A stretch of 64,000 bases of DNA, taken from NCBI GenBank assembly GCA_030390025.1, contig JASTWF010000342.1, positions 1-64,000 of the forward strand, in the 5' to 3' direction. The notes under the pieces are model-generated. The model made no database searches. It worked only from the letters and a program-made list of their open reading frames with translations, and was not told where the DNA came from. Below are positions 1 through 12,025 of the stretch, in pieces. Each line of letters starts with the position of its first letter. Position 1 is the first letter of the stretch. The stretch comes from Squalus acanthias (taxonomy: Eukaryota). The position numbers were made by a program, and so were the translations under genes.

Positions 1-2140
1 AGTGTTTTATGTAAATGTTCATGTAAAGTTTCTGTTAATGTGGTGTCAAACATTGAAACCTTTATTTTCAAAACTTTGCGTTCTTGGACATATTCGTGTG
101 CATCTTTGGAAGTGGCTTAGTGGGTTGCAGTGAATGGTGAGACATAACGGTACCTCCCACAATGGTGATGAGTGTTAAAAAATGGCTTGGGCATTGTAGG
201 GATGCTTTATGGTGTTGGTGTGGGGTGGTGCCAACCTGGCGCATCATGTGGCATCCAGGGTGTACAGCGTCAAGTGAAGTAAATCTGGTCATGGTGAGGC
301 CATCCATGGCCTCCCGGACAGCAATGTGGTCAGGTGCTGATGCTCTGTGTCCTTTGCAGCATCAGTTGATTGCAGAGAAGGTTGGTGTTGTTGTTGGTGC
401 TGCTGGTGTGAATGGTGATGCTGGTGTGCCTGGTGATGCTGGTTTTGGGGCTGATCGTGGTGGGATTCTGAGGACCAAGGTGAGAGATTTTAAGGGCACC
501 CATGCTGATGGAATAGATGGCAGGTGAAGTAGAGATGACAAAAGTGATCTGCCGATGGTGGAGAAAATGAGGTCAGACTGGATGGAGACTTGTGTAAGGA
601 CTTGCAGCATTCTGAATCTGTAGTGGAAATACAGTTTAGAGAAGCTACAGGTTAAGGGAACATTTCTCAATCAGCTGGGAGCTTTGACTTGACATTTGAA
701 GCTGTCAACTCATCAGCTGATTCAATGGCCACTGACCACCCACCTCCGCTTCGCAGACGAGGTCTAGACACAACGCAAAACTAGTGGGAAACCTGTCAAA
801 TCTAAAAAGCTGGGGAAAAACCATGGATAAGTGGTTGTAAACAAGCCACTAATGATTTTGATTGGCTCCCCCGCTGCTGCGTGTCAGGTCTGACCTGACA
901 TTTGGTAAAGGCGCATGGTGGCGAGTTCACAGCGGGGCCCTGGCCCGCTGGGGAGAAAAAACACTTCCCCACCCGACCCGCCACCGATCGCGCCCGCTGA
1001 CCCCCCACAAAATCCTGTGAAGGAATAAGCCACATAACCTATTCAGAAAAATACACTATCTTATGAAAGAATTCTGGCCTTATTAAAACATGACAAACTG
1101 GGTTTGGAAATTTAGAAACCTAACTATGAAATAACTAGGAAAGCATTCTGGCTATTGAGATAAGATACTGGTTGACCCTGAATAAATAACCTTATTGAAA
1201 CAGAGGGTGAAGCGCTCCGACAGGCTGACCTTTTGGGAAAAAAACTATGGTTCACGCTGGATAAGGTGTTCTAATTTAAACTTCGTAAAGATAGCACATA
1301 AGATAAGGAACATCTGTCCTCGTAAAGATGACATAAAGTAAGGAACACCTGCCGTCACACCATTTTTATATGGTAAACTTAGAACACCTAGAGATGAAAC
1401 GAGATTCTAGCTGATGTGGCAGTAAGAGTTGCAGAGGTTGGCAGAAAAATGACTAGAGATAATTAGCTTGGATCAGCAGAAAACCTTAAAGGAAATACCA
1501 CTGGAAAAGGGTATAAATATTGAACTCTCAAATGAAGCGATTTTCAGCTTCAGAAGCGGCTCTGTAGTCTACCATTCTTTTTACCTCAGGGATAAAAGGT
1601 ATTTGATATTGATGGATATCCTGTATAGAGAACTTTAAGAACTGTAATACTATAGCGAAGTTAAGATTTAAAAGTAAGATTCTCTGTTAATAATAAGATA
1701 GCATTTTTTCTCTTTTTAGAACGGTTAATGTTGTGATTGACTGATACACCAACTGTAAATTGTATGTCGGTTCTTTAATAAATCTATATATTTTTAGAAT
1801 TGTCTCACATAAGACTTCTGTATCAAAAACTCGTGAACTCAATCTCTGTACACTCTTTGGTGAGGAGTTGCAGAATTCTGAGGGAGTTTTCCGGACCCTC
1901 ATAATATCCGGAACGTTGCAGCCTAGCTAAACTTATTAAAAGCGCTATCTGGAGGACGGTAACATTCTCGGGTTGTTCCTTTCCTTTAGGGAGAGATAGC
2001 CCGGACCTTTAGACCCAATTAAGCGTCTTTAGGATTCGGCTACCTCAAACTTTAGTTGAAAGTGAACATCTGAGAAATACGCCTGATCCGGGGTAGCCCT
2101 AAAGGGGCTAGGACTAGTAAAAATCCTTTCAATCCAGCCC
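1..2140 (-). mobile_element. Internally deleted PIF/Harbinger derivative (right part only), terminal repeat split by a solo LTR
   Basis: 340-540 aligns by eye to 59345-59555 (transposase 5' end, ...GGCACCCATGCTGAT...AATAGATGGCAGGT). 285-330 aligns to the transposase 3' end at 58330-58365, so the DDE core is missing. Removing the LTR restores the terminus CACAAAATCCAGCCC. Confidence 0.75.
1016..2131 (+). mobile_element. Solo LTR (~1.1 kb)
   Basis: Termini TGTGAAGGA...TCCTTTCA. 4-bp TSD ATCC at 1012-1015 and 2132-2135. TATAAA at ~1513 and AATAAA at ~1777. No ORF. Confidence 0.85.
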
Positions 2141-2204
2141 TATGTTTTTGTGAATCAGGCTTTCTCCCAACACATCTAACTTGTGCAATATGGCAGAATT
2201 ACAG

Positions 2205-3055
2205 AGGGTAATTTAAACCCCAAAATGCATAGGTTTGGGTCGGGTGGAAGATTAAAATATTAAAAATCTGAATTAGGAATCCAGCCCACCTCGAACCCGT
2301 CTACTTCCGGTTTTAATGAAGGCGGGACGAGGGGCAGGTGATCAATCCACTCTCAGGAGGCTGGATCAGTCGTTGAAACCTTCTAAAGAGGCTGTGTACT
2401 TCTATTTTTAACACATTTTGGCTAGGTTTCCCAAGACTCGGGAAACCCAGCAGGTAAAAGAAAGCAAGAAGGGCTGGTTCCATAAGGTAAATGTCTTTAT
2501 GGCACTGCTTGTGGGCCAGGAGGAGAAGAAAAGTTTGCTCCTGGCCTAACAAGCTTACCTGTAAACAATTTCCATCTCCACGGTCTCCAACCGACATCCC
2601 TCCCCCATCACCAACACTCCCGTGATCACCAAACCCCCATCACCAACCCCCCATCTCCCTCCGATCCCCCATCTCTCCCCCCGATCTCCGACCCCCCGAT
2701 CTCTTCCCCGCCCCTCCAACCTTCCCCCGATCCCCCACGATGTTCCCCGAAACTCCCACAGTCTTCTCCGATCCCCCATCATAAAGCCTGACCCCTCCAA
2801 CCACGCTCTACACACCTCCCTCTATCCCCACCAAGCACAAAACTTAAATGATCTTTGGCTGCGGCCTTTTCTGGAGCCTGCCCCACCCAGTAGGCAGCCA
2901 AACCTCTAAATCAGGCTGGCCTCCAGGCGGGGAATCTGTTTTTTTTTAAAAACATGCGAGCCATGCTTTTCGTCGTTCGGGGAAACCTGTCATCCCGGGT
3001 TTCACAACCATAACTCCTCCCCCCGCTCTGAGACCCCACCCCAGAGAATATTGGA
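2205..3055. mobile_element. Non-autonomous DNA element (MITE-like) with internal C-rich degenerate CCCCGATC repeat
   Basis: The first ~170 bp resemble the reverse complement of 62910-63080. The C-rich low-complexity core at 2580-2830 mirrors the G-rich core at 62450-62760. Confidence 0.6.
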
Positions 3056-4487
3056 ATCTATAGTTTCCATAAGAAGATCTGTGAACCGAATCTGATACTG
3101 TGCCACAGGACATTTTCCTGGATTTCCTGAAAGGCAGCAAATAGTTTTTCATTAAATCAGGATAAAGCTAGTAGTCAGATTTATTTTCAAATAAGATAAT
3201 ATACAGTAGTAAGACACAACATGTTACTAATGGTAAATACTTACAAAGCAATAAAGATAGAATCTGTTCACAAGGGATTAGGAATCCTCTTCAGAATACA
3301 TTCTTACACAGTTTTATAATCTGCAAGACTTGGTAATGAAGACTTTTTGTAAACCTGATGAATTGTATGGGATAATGTTAGTGTAAAGGGAAAGGAGGGG
3401 GAGGAATTTCTGAAATGTGTTCAGGAGAACTTCCTTGACCAGTATGTTCTCAGCCCAACTAGGAAGAAGACATTGCTGAATCTGGTGCTGGGGAATGAGG
3501 TGGGCCAAGTGGACCAAGTGTCTGTGGGAGAACACTTGGGTACGAGAGATCATCGTATCATAAGGTTTAGATTAGTAATGGAGAAGAGCAAGGAACAATC
3601 TAAAGTAGAATTTCTAAATTGGAAGAGGGCTAACTTCAATGGGATGAGAGGGGATCTAGCGAGGGTAAAATGGAACCAAAGATTGAGAGGAAAAACTGTA
3701 ACGGAACAATGGGTGATCTTTAAGGAGGAGATGTTTCAGGTACAGGCTAGGTACATTCCAACAAAAGGGAAAAGTAGGGGAACCAAAGCCAGGGCTCCTT
3801 GGATGACGAGGGAGATAGAGAAGATGATGAAACAAAAAAAGAGGGTGTATGATGCATGTCAGGTGAATTCTTCAAATGAGAACCAGGCCACATACAATAA
3901 GTTGAGAGGGGAAGTGAAGAGGAAAATAAGACTGACAAAGAGAGAATATGAGAATAGAATGGCAGTTAACATAAAAGAGAACCCAAAAATCTTCTACCGG
4001 CATGTAAATAGTAAGCGGGTAGTAAGAGGCGGAGTGCAGCCTTTTAGGGACAAAGTAGGTGATATATGCTTACAGGCGGAGGGCAAGGCTAGAATACTTA
4101 ATGAGTACTTTGAATCGGTGGTTACTAAGGAAGAGGACGCTGACAAACTATCAGTAGAAGCGGAGATGGTAGAGGTAATGGATGGGGTGAAAATTGATAG
4201 GCAGGATGTACTGGAAAGGCTGGATATGCTTGGGGTGGACAAGTCGCCTGGTCTGGATGGCTTGCATCCCAGGTTGTTAAGGGAAGTGGGGGTGGAGATA
4301 GTGGAAGGGCTTGCTATAATCTTCCAATCTTCCCTAGATGCGGGGGAGGTGCCTGAGGATTGGAAAGTGGCAAATGTGACACCGTTGTTCAAGAAAGGGT
4401 GTAAGGACAATCTGAGTAACTACAGGCCAGTCAGTCTAACATCAATGGTGGGTAAGGTACTAGAAACAATAATCAGGGAAAAAAAAT

Positions 4488-5696
4488 CAGGATAGGCGCA
4501 CCAACGTTAGTGTTCTCGCTCAGGCCAACATCCCCAGCATCGAAGCTCTGACCTCGCTCGATCAGCTCTGATGGACGGGCCACATCGTCCGCATGCCCGA
4601 TACGAGACTCCCAAAACAAGCGCTCTACTCGGAGCTCCGACACGGCAAGAGAACCCCAGGTGGGCAGAGGAAACGTTTCAAGGACACCCTCAAAGCCTCC
4701 TTGAAAAAGTGCAACATCCCCACCGACACCTGTGTGTGAACGCGCTAAGCTTGCACATGCTGCAGCTGTGCTTGCAGGGATTGTGGGTCCAATTTGCATC
4801 ATGTCAACAGGCAGCTGAGAGAACCACTGCTCCATGGTTCTAGTCTATTTGTCTGCATTAATGGTGATCTGGATATGCATTCTTCTACAGAACATAAACT
4901 TGTACTCAAATGGTGCCCAGAAGAGGGGAGAGAGAATGATAAATACAAAAAAAGAAAGCGAGAAACAGTAGATGGGAGGGGGAAAGAAGTAGAAGAGAAG
5001 GGAAAGGACGAGAGGGGGATAGTGAGAGACAAAAACTAGGGAACGACAGACAGAAGGATTGTGAGAAAATTGAGAGATAAAAGAGAGAAAGGAGGAGAGA
5101 GGCAGGAGAGTAAGAGAATAAACTTTGAGTGTGAGAGAGAAGAAAGCAGTAAAGCCAAATCCATTGGCAGGATAGGCGCACCAACATCAGTGTTCTCGCT
5201 CAGGCCAACATCCCCAGCATCGAAGCTTTGACCACGCGCGATCAGCTCTGATGGACGGGCCACATCGTCCGCATGCCTAATACGAGACTCCCAAAACAAG
5301 CGCTCTACTCGGAGCTCCGACACGGTAAGAGAGTCCAAGGTGGGCAGAGGAAACGCTTCAAGGACACCCTCAAAGCCTCCTTGAAAAAGTGCAACATCCC
5401 CACCGACACCTGGGAATCCCTGGCCCAAGACCGCACAAAGTGAAGGAGAAGCATCTGGGAAGGCGCCGAACACCTTGAGTCTCTTCACCAGGATCAAGCA
5501 GAAGCCAAGCGCAAACAGCGGAAAGAGTGCACATCAACCCAAGCACCCCACCCACCCTTTCCTTCAACCACCGTCTGCCCCATCTGTGACAGAGACTGTA
5601 GGTCCCGCATTGGACTCATCAGTCACCTGAGAACTCATTTTCAGTGTGGAAGCAAGTCATCCTCGGTTCCGAGAGACTGCCTATGAAGAAGAAGAT
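4488..5696 (+). mobile_element. Chimeric RTE-clade LINE 3' insertion: RTE fragment + captured 425-bp segment + RTE 3' end
   Basis: 5158-5640 translates to WQDRRTNISVL...WTGHIVRMP.TRLPKQALYSEL...GGQRKRFKD...CPICDRDCRSRIGLISHLRTH. (GAA)n tail at ~5685. 4490-4732 repeats 5168-5412. Flanked by a ~39-bp duplication (4446-4484 / 5697-5735). Confidence 0.9.
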
Positions 5697-6404
5697 TGGT
5701 GGGTAAGGTTTTAGAAACAATAATCAGGGAAAAAATTAACAGGCACTTGGAGAGGTTTGAGTTAATTAAGGAGAGCCAGCACGGATTTGTAAAAAGCAGA
5801 TCGTGTTTAACTAATCTAATTGAATTTTTTGATGAAGTAACAGAGAAGGTTGATGAAGGGAATGCAGTGGATGTTGCCTATATGGATTTTAGGAAGGCGT
5901 TTGGTAAAGTACCACATAAAAGGTTGGTTAACAAAATTGAGGCTCATGGAATAGGAGGGTCAGTGTCAGCTTGGATAAGAAATTGGCTTAGGAGCAAAAA
6001 CAGCGAGTCGTGGTAAATGGTTGTTTTTCAGACTGGAGGATGGTAGACAGTGGTGTTCCCCAAGGGTCAGTGCTAGGACCACTGCTTTTTTTGATATATA
6101 TATAAATGACTTGGATATTGAAATACAGAGTAAAATTTCAAAATTTGCCGATGATACCAAACTTGGAGGTGTGGCAAACAGTGAGGAGGATACCAATCGA
6201 CTGCAACAGGACATAGATAGGCTAGCAGAATGGGCAGACAAGTGGCAGATGGAATTTAATACAGAGAAGTGTGAAGTGATGCATTTTGGCAGAAGGAATA
6301 GGGAGAGGCAATATAGACTTAATGGCACAGTTCTAAAGAGTGTGCAGGGACAGAGGGACCTGGGGGTTCATGTGCATAGATCTTTGAAGGTGGCACGACA
6401 TATT

Positions 6405-7145
6405 GGCCCAGAAATTGATCTCGCTCTGTTCCCGCGGGGGTAAGCCTTCCCTGCGATCTCTCACCTCGCTTGTGCTTTTTCAGATCCAGCTCGCACGAAC
6501 TTGATGTTCCAGACATCAGCCGGGCAGTGCTTGCGTATCCCACCGGTGTAGTGAATTCGTGCGAGCTGTGGGATCACGTGACTCAGTTAGAGCCAATGGC
6601 AGCACACCATCTTCCATTCATATGTTTCACAGCACGGCTGTGAAATCTATGAATCTTACAGCCCCCAAAATAACAGCTAAACCTCAATTAAATTTAATAA
6701 AAAACCATCACATTAATAAAATAAGTATAGTTAAATAAATTAACCGTTTTAAATAAAAAATTAAATTTTTGAAAAAATTTAAAATCTTTTAAAAAGTTAT
6801 AAAAATAAACTTACCTGTCTTTAAAGTCTCTAAAAAAGATATACCTGTAAAAAAAATTCAAAAAAATACTTAATTCACTACTTACCTTGTTAAAAGTGGG
6901 TCTTACTCCTCCTTTTTACATTTCTAAAATCTTCAGTACTTACCTGCGCGTCCAAAGCATGAAGTGCACAGCGTGCGCGCAGCCTGTAGCGCGCACGCGA
7001 TGCACCGAGGAACCGCCCCCTTTTCCAAAGAGCAATTGCCGGTTTTCAGCGCATGCGCAGGGCATGCAGAAAACCGGCAATTGCAGAGGGAATACGCGAG
7101 AGTACGCTGTGCGTACTCTCGCGCACCGGGATGAATTTTTGGGCC
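6405..7145. mobile_element. Harbinger-like MITE (~740 bp) inserted in CR1
   Basis: TIR GGCCCAGAAATTGATC / GATGAATTTTTGGGCC (14/16). 3-bp TSD ATT. Removal restores the CR1 reading frame. GC-rich arms and AT-rich core. Same family and orientation as 35488-36252. Confidence 0.92.
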
Positions 7146-8189
7146 ATTGAGAGAGTGGTTAACAAAAAATATGGGATCTTGGGCTTCATAAATAGAGGTA
7201 TTGAGTACAAAAGCAGGGAAGTTATGCTGAAACTTTATAAAGCTTTGGTTAGGCCACAACTAGAGTATTGCGTTCTGTTCTGGTCACCACACTTTAGGAA
7301 AGATGTGAAGGTCCTTGAGAGGGTGCAGAGGAGATTTACCAGAATGGTTCCAGGGATGAGGGATTTTAGCTACAAGGTTAGGTTGGAGAAGCTGGGGTTG
7401 TTCTCCTTGGAGCAAAGGAAGTTGAGGGGAGATTTGATAGAGGTGTACAAGATTATGATGGGTTTGGATAAGGTAGACAGAGAAAGGCTGTCCCAATACC
7501 TGATGGTACAAGAACTAGGGGACACAGATTTAAGGTATTGGGCAAGAGATACAGGGGGGATGTGAGGAAGAACTTTTTTACACAGTGAGTGGTAATGACC
7601 TGGAACTCGCTGCCGATGATGGTGGTGGAAGCAGAGATGATCAATGATTTCAAAAGGAAATTGGATAGGCACTTGAGGGAAATAAACTTGCAGGGCTACG
7701 GGGATAGAGTGGGGGAATGGGACTGACTGGATTGCTCTACAGAGAGCCGGCACGGACTCGATGGGCCGAATGGCCTCCTTCTGTGCCATAATGACTCTAC
7801 GACTCTCCATGATTAAACGCTGTGGCATGACCCCAGAACCAGGTCCAAAATGAGCCAGAAGCTCATTTTATTAAAATGTGGCTGAGCCCAGAAGCCCCTA
7901 CTCAGGAGAATGCTATTCCCACCACTCCCATCTACTGCTCAGTCTGCACACAGACTTGAAAATGATCCCTATCTTCCTCCCAAGCATGTTCCCTGATGAG
8001 TCAGTCATTAGAGATAATAAGCTAGAAATTCCACAATATTTTTGGGGCATCTTGCTTTGGTTTATCTGGAGTAAAAGAAAATGAAGAGACATTGTAATAT
8101 TAGGTGGTTCTTCTGTAGCTTTTGAAGGTGTTCGATCATGTTGCTTGCTAGTGTGTTTGTGTTCCCAAAACATTATATAAGCAAGCTAT

Positions 8190-8800
8190 AGATGGTACAG
8201 ACAAAACTGAAGCTGCCACTCGACTCATCCTCTTACTTCTCCATTCTCAACAAGCTTGCCTTCATGGCTGACCATAATCTTCAACACTTCCTCCTCAAGC
8301 AGGGTCAGAAATCTCATGTTGGGAAGACCACCACCTGTGGCATTAGATTCACAAATGTTATGGGTCACTTTCTCCTGAAAGAGGGAAAGTGAGAGAAGAT
8401 GATTATAGCAGTGAAGGCTGTGCAGAGTCTCTTAATATAACACTCCAACACATAAAACCGATGGACACAAAGGACAGCTGTAGTGAGTTATGAAAACTTG
8501 CTCATGCATGGCACTCTGTGAAGAAAAGAGAGTTTGTAGATAACAGGTGAAATATTGATGGGATCAGGGGATCAGGGATCAGTGGTTCAGAGTGCAGTCC
8601 TACAGCACCATGAAGATAATGAATGAATGAGTGCTACATATATAAAGACATGGCAAGGAAGGGTCAGGAAAGAGCCATGCTTACCTTGGCTTCTCTGGTG
8701 AGCTCATTAAACTTCTTCCTGCACTGTAAAGCAGTCGTGGAGGCCAAGGTGGGAGTTACTGCCACAGTCACCTATCGTCACAAAACATCTTATTTCCCTG
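8190..8800 (-). pseudogene. Decayed Harbinger Myb/SANT-like accessory gene remnant
   Basis: Minus strand 8685-8740 reads TALQCRKKFNELTREAK followed by a GTAAGC donor, matching the exon-1 end of the Myb-like gene at 55900-55974. Confidence 0.6.
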
Positions 8801-9496
8801 ATCCCAAATTACTTTCCTTTTGCTTCATATTTCTGTTAGGAGAGCATCCAGGTCACAATCCCTGAAGCTTGAGGATCTTCTCTTGGATCTCGGTGTCACC
8901 ATTGAATTTCAGTTCTATTCTTTCCTCTAGAGCTCCAATTGCCACTTTAAGCAGCACCAGGTTTAATATCTTGCCAATGCACCAGATCTCCCCTCTCCCA
9001 CACTGATTTTTCGGCCTCCCCTTTCCCCATCTTCCAACCATTCAATGAGCATTGGGAATGTTTCGCATGATTCTCCACATGTTTTCCACATTATTTCCCC
9101 AGTGCTTTGTAGGCTGGATTTGCACAGCCTGCACATCTCTCATTATTTAAATGACCTGACCCTGTGATTTATGGAGTATGACAGTCGGAAATCCTGTCCT
9201 GTCTCATTCCCAGCAACACACTCGAATCTCTAGCCCAATTAATTTATCTACTTCTCTAGTCTCCAGTTTCACAGAAATTAACATTTTGCCCAACCATCAA
9301 GGAAACTTTGATCTAACGAGTTTCTGAGTGCAGGTCATAGTACCAGAAAATAGATTAGTCAACTCTCATTGAAAGTGTGGTTAGAGCTGGCCTCTTTTGT
9401 GTGCTTGCCAACCTTCTGACACAGAGACAAAGGGATTCCTTTATAAATGCACTACCTGAATACACTTTTAAATTATATTTGCCCTGTCAATCTAAA

Positions 9497-10703
9497 ATCA
9501 TATAAAAAGATATAGGAGCAGGAGTAGGTCATTTGGCCCCTCGAGCCTGCTCCGCCATTCAATAAGATCATGGCTGATCTGATCTTGGCCTCAACTCCAC
9601 TTCCCTGCCTGCTCCCCATAACCCTTGACACCCTTACCATTCAAAAATATATCTATCTCCACCTTAAATATATTCAATGACCCAGCCTCCACAGCTCTCT
9701 GGGGAAGAGAATTCCAAAGGTTCACAACCCTCTGAGAGAAGAAATTCCTCCTCATTTCCGTTTAAATGGGTGCCCCCTTATTCTGAAATTATGCCCCCTA
9801 GTTCTAGATTCCCCCACGAGGGGAAACATCCTCTCTGCATCTACCCTGTCAAGCCCCTTCAGAATCTTTTATGTTTCAATAAGATCCCTTCTTATTCTTC
9901 TAAACTCTCAATTAGTATAGGCCTTACCTGCTCAACCTTTCTTCATAAGACAACCCTTTCATCTCCGGAATCAACCTCGTGAACCTTCTCTGAACTGCCT
10001 CCAATGCAAGTATATCCTTCCTTAAATAAGGAGACCAAAACTGTACGCAGTACTCCAGATGTGGTCTCACCAACGCCCTGTACAGTTGTAACAGGACTTC
10101 ACTACTTTTATACTCCATTCCCTTTGCAATAAAGGCCAACACTCCATTTGCCTTCCTAATTACTTGCTGTACCTGCATGCTAACTTTTTGTGATTCATGT
10201 ATAAGGACCCCCAGATCCCTCTGTACCTCAGCATTTTGTAATCTCTCCTCATTTAAATAATAATTTGCTTTTTTATTTTTCCTACCAAAGTGGATAACCT
10301 CGCATTTTCCCACATTATACTCCATCTGCCAGATTTTTGCCCACTCACTTAGCCTATCTATATCCCTTTGCAGATTATTTGCATCCTCCACACAATTTGA
10401 TTTCCCACCTATCTTTGTATTATCAGAAAATCTGGCTACATTACACTCAGTCCCTTCATCCAAGTCATTAATATAGATTGTAAATAGTTGAGGCCCCAGC
10501 ACTGATCCCTGTGGCACCCCACTAGTTACAGTTTGCCAACCTGAAAATGACCCATTTATCCCAACTCTCTGTTTTCTGTTAGTTAGCCAATCCTCTATCC
10601 ATGCTAATATATTACCCCCAACCCCGTGAGCTCTTATCTTGTGCAGTAACCTTTTATGTGGCACCTTATCGAATGCCTTCTGGAAATCCAAATACACGAC
10701 ACC
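9497..10703 (-). mobile_element. CR1 LINE 3' fragment (RT C-terminal half + 3' UTR)
   Basis: ORF 9924-10754: [44 protein letters not shown]1 3' terminus at ~9500-9580. Confidence 0.95.
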
Positions 10704-11245
10704 TGCATTCATTGCACTATTATATTTAGCAGCAACATAATGAAAAGCATTCACTGAAGATGTTCATATCATAATTACAACTATTGTCAGATGTCTGCCC
10801 ATCTCTCTTTGTTTAGCAAGTTGAGAGTTAACTGCAACAAACTTATAATTTTTAAGAGGTTTGTTTTCCACTGATAGTATTGTAGGTATTACTGAAGCAG
10901 TCTTCTGCATTCATACATGTCTGCAGTGCCTAACTCACAGATAATCCAGGATTAAGTAAACCCAGGAAATAGCTCAACACTCTTGCCTTGAGTGGCAAAG
11001 CCTGAGTGGGTGCAATGTCCGACAAGGGAGGCCTTGCTGTTTTCTAGCCCGTCTAAACTGTTCTTTCACACATGACACTCTTCCTCCATATTACTTAACT
11101 CAATTGCATTCTCCTTCTACCACGCAACAACAGAGAATGATTGCATTCTTTCAAACCCTTTAAAATTAAAAGGGAAAAAAATGATTCTTGTTGAGCTAAA
11201 TATTTTACTATTTTATTTACAGATATTAGAGGTAGAAATGTACGT

Positions 11246-11628
11246 GAGGGTACGGTAGTGTAGTGTTTATGTTACTGGTTTAGTAATCCAGAGGCCTGGT
11301 AAATAATCCAGAAAACGTGATTTCAAATTCCACCATGGCTGTTTGAGCATTTGAATTCAGTTTTTTTTTAAATCTGGAATTATAAAAAAGACTGGTATTA
11401 GTAAAAGTGACCATGAATCTGTCAGATTTTTGTAAAAACACAGCTGGTTCACTAACGTCCTGTAGGGAAGGAAACCTGCTATCCTTACCGGGTCTGGTCT
11501 ATATGTGATTCCAGTCCCAGACCAATGTGGTTGACTCGTAATGGCCTTTAGAAGTGGCCTAGCAGGCCATTTAGTTGGATTAAGGCAACCAGGGATGGCC
11601 TTGCTCACATCTTGAGAATGAATTTTTA
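11246..11628 (+). mobile_element. tRNA-headed SINE-like element homologous to the 5' end (and apparently the 3' tail) of the LINE at 40454-45445
   Basis: GGTAGTGTAGTG..TATGTTACTGG.TAGTAATCCAGAGGCCTGG...TTCAAATTCC head. Body GGTTCACTAACGTCCTGTAGGGAAGGAAACCTGC matches the reverse complement of 45120-45445. Confidence 0.8.
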
Positions 11629-11924
11629 AAAACTCTGTAATAATGATAGTGGCTTTTTTTGCATCAACCTTATTTTTTGTGTAATTAATGTAAACTCAAC
11701 ATTTTTCTTGTTACTTAATTGGTGATATAATGATTTCATTCATAAGTAGTAAATCATCAAGTAATAAAATTAAGCCAAAATCTTGACTAAAATAAGGCAA
11801 CTAGTCATATTTATTGAACAAACATGTAACAACATATATTTGAAGTAGATTTTAAGATTATCCCAATGTAAAAAAAATGCTTCATCACAAATTTGCCACA
11901 TATATTTTTACTACATGTTTGTAG

Positions 11925-12025
11925 ATCGCTGAGCTTCCGGTAGCTTGTCACTTTAATTCTCCATCTCACTTCCACTCGAACCTCTCTGCCCTCAGCCACC
12001 TACACTGTTCCAATGAAGCTCAATT
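11925..12025 (+). mobile_element. Short Penelope GIY-YIG region fragment
   Basis: GAGCTTCCGGTAGCTTGTCACTTTAATTCTCC...CTACACTGTTCCAATGAAGCTCAA matches 22217-22310. Confidence 0.75.

Larger units (their letters stand above)
3370..7808 (+). mobile_element. 5'-truncated CR1 LINE ORF2 (APE C-terminus, RT, 3' UTR), decayed and interrupted by RTE and MITE insertions
   Basis: Motifs LGTRDH, PWMTREI, KSPGLDGLHPR, VTPLFKKG, NYRPVSLTS, QHGF, DFRKAF, KFADDTK, YKALVRPQLEYC. CR1-type 3' end GATGGGCCGAATGGCCTCCTTCTGTG plus short repeat tail. Confidence 0.95.
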
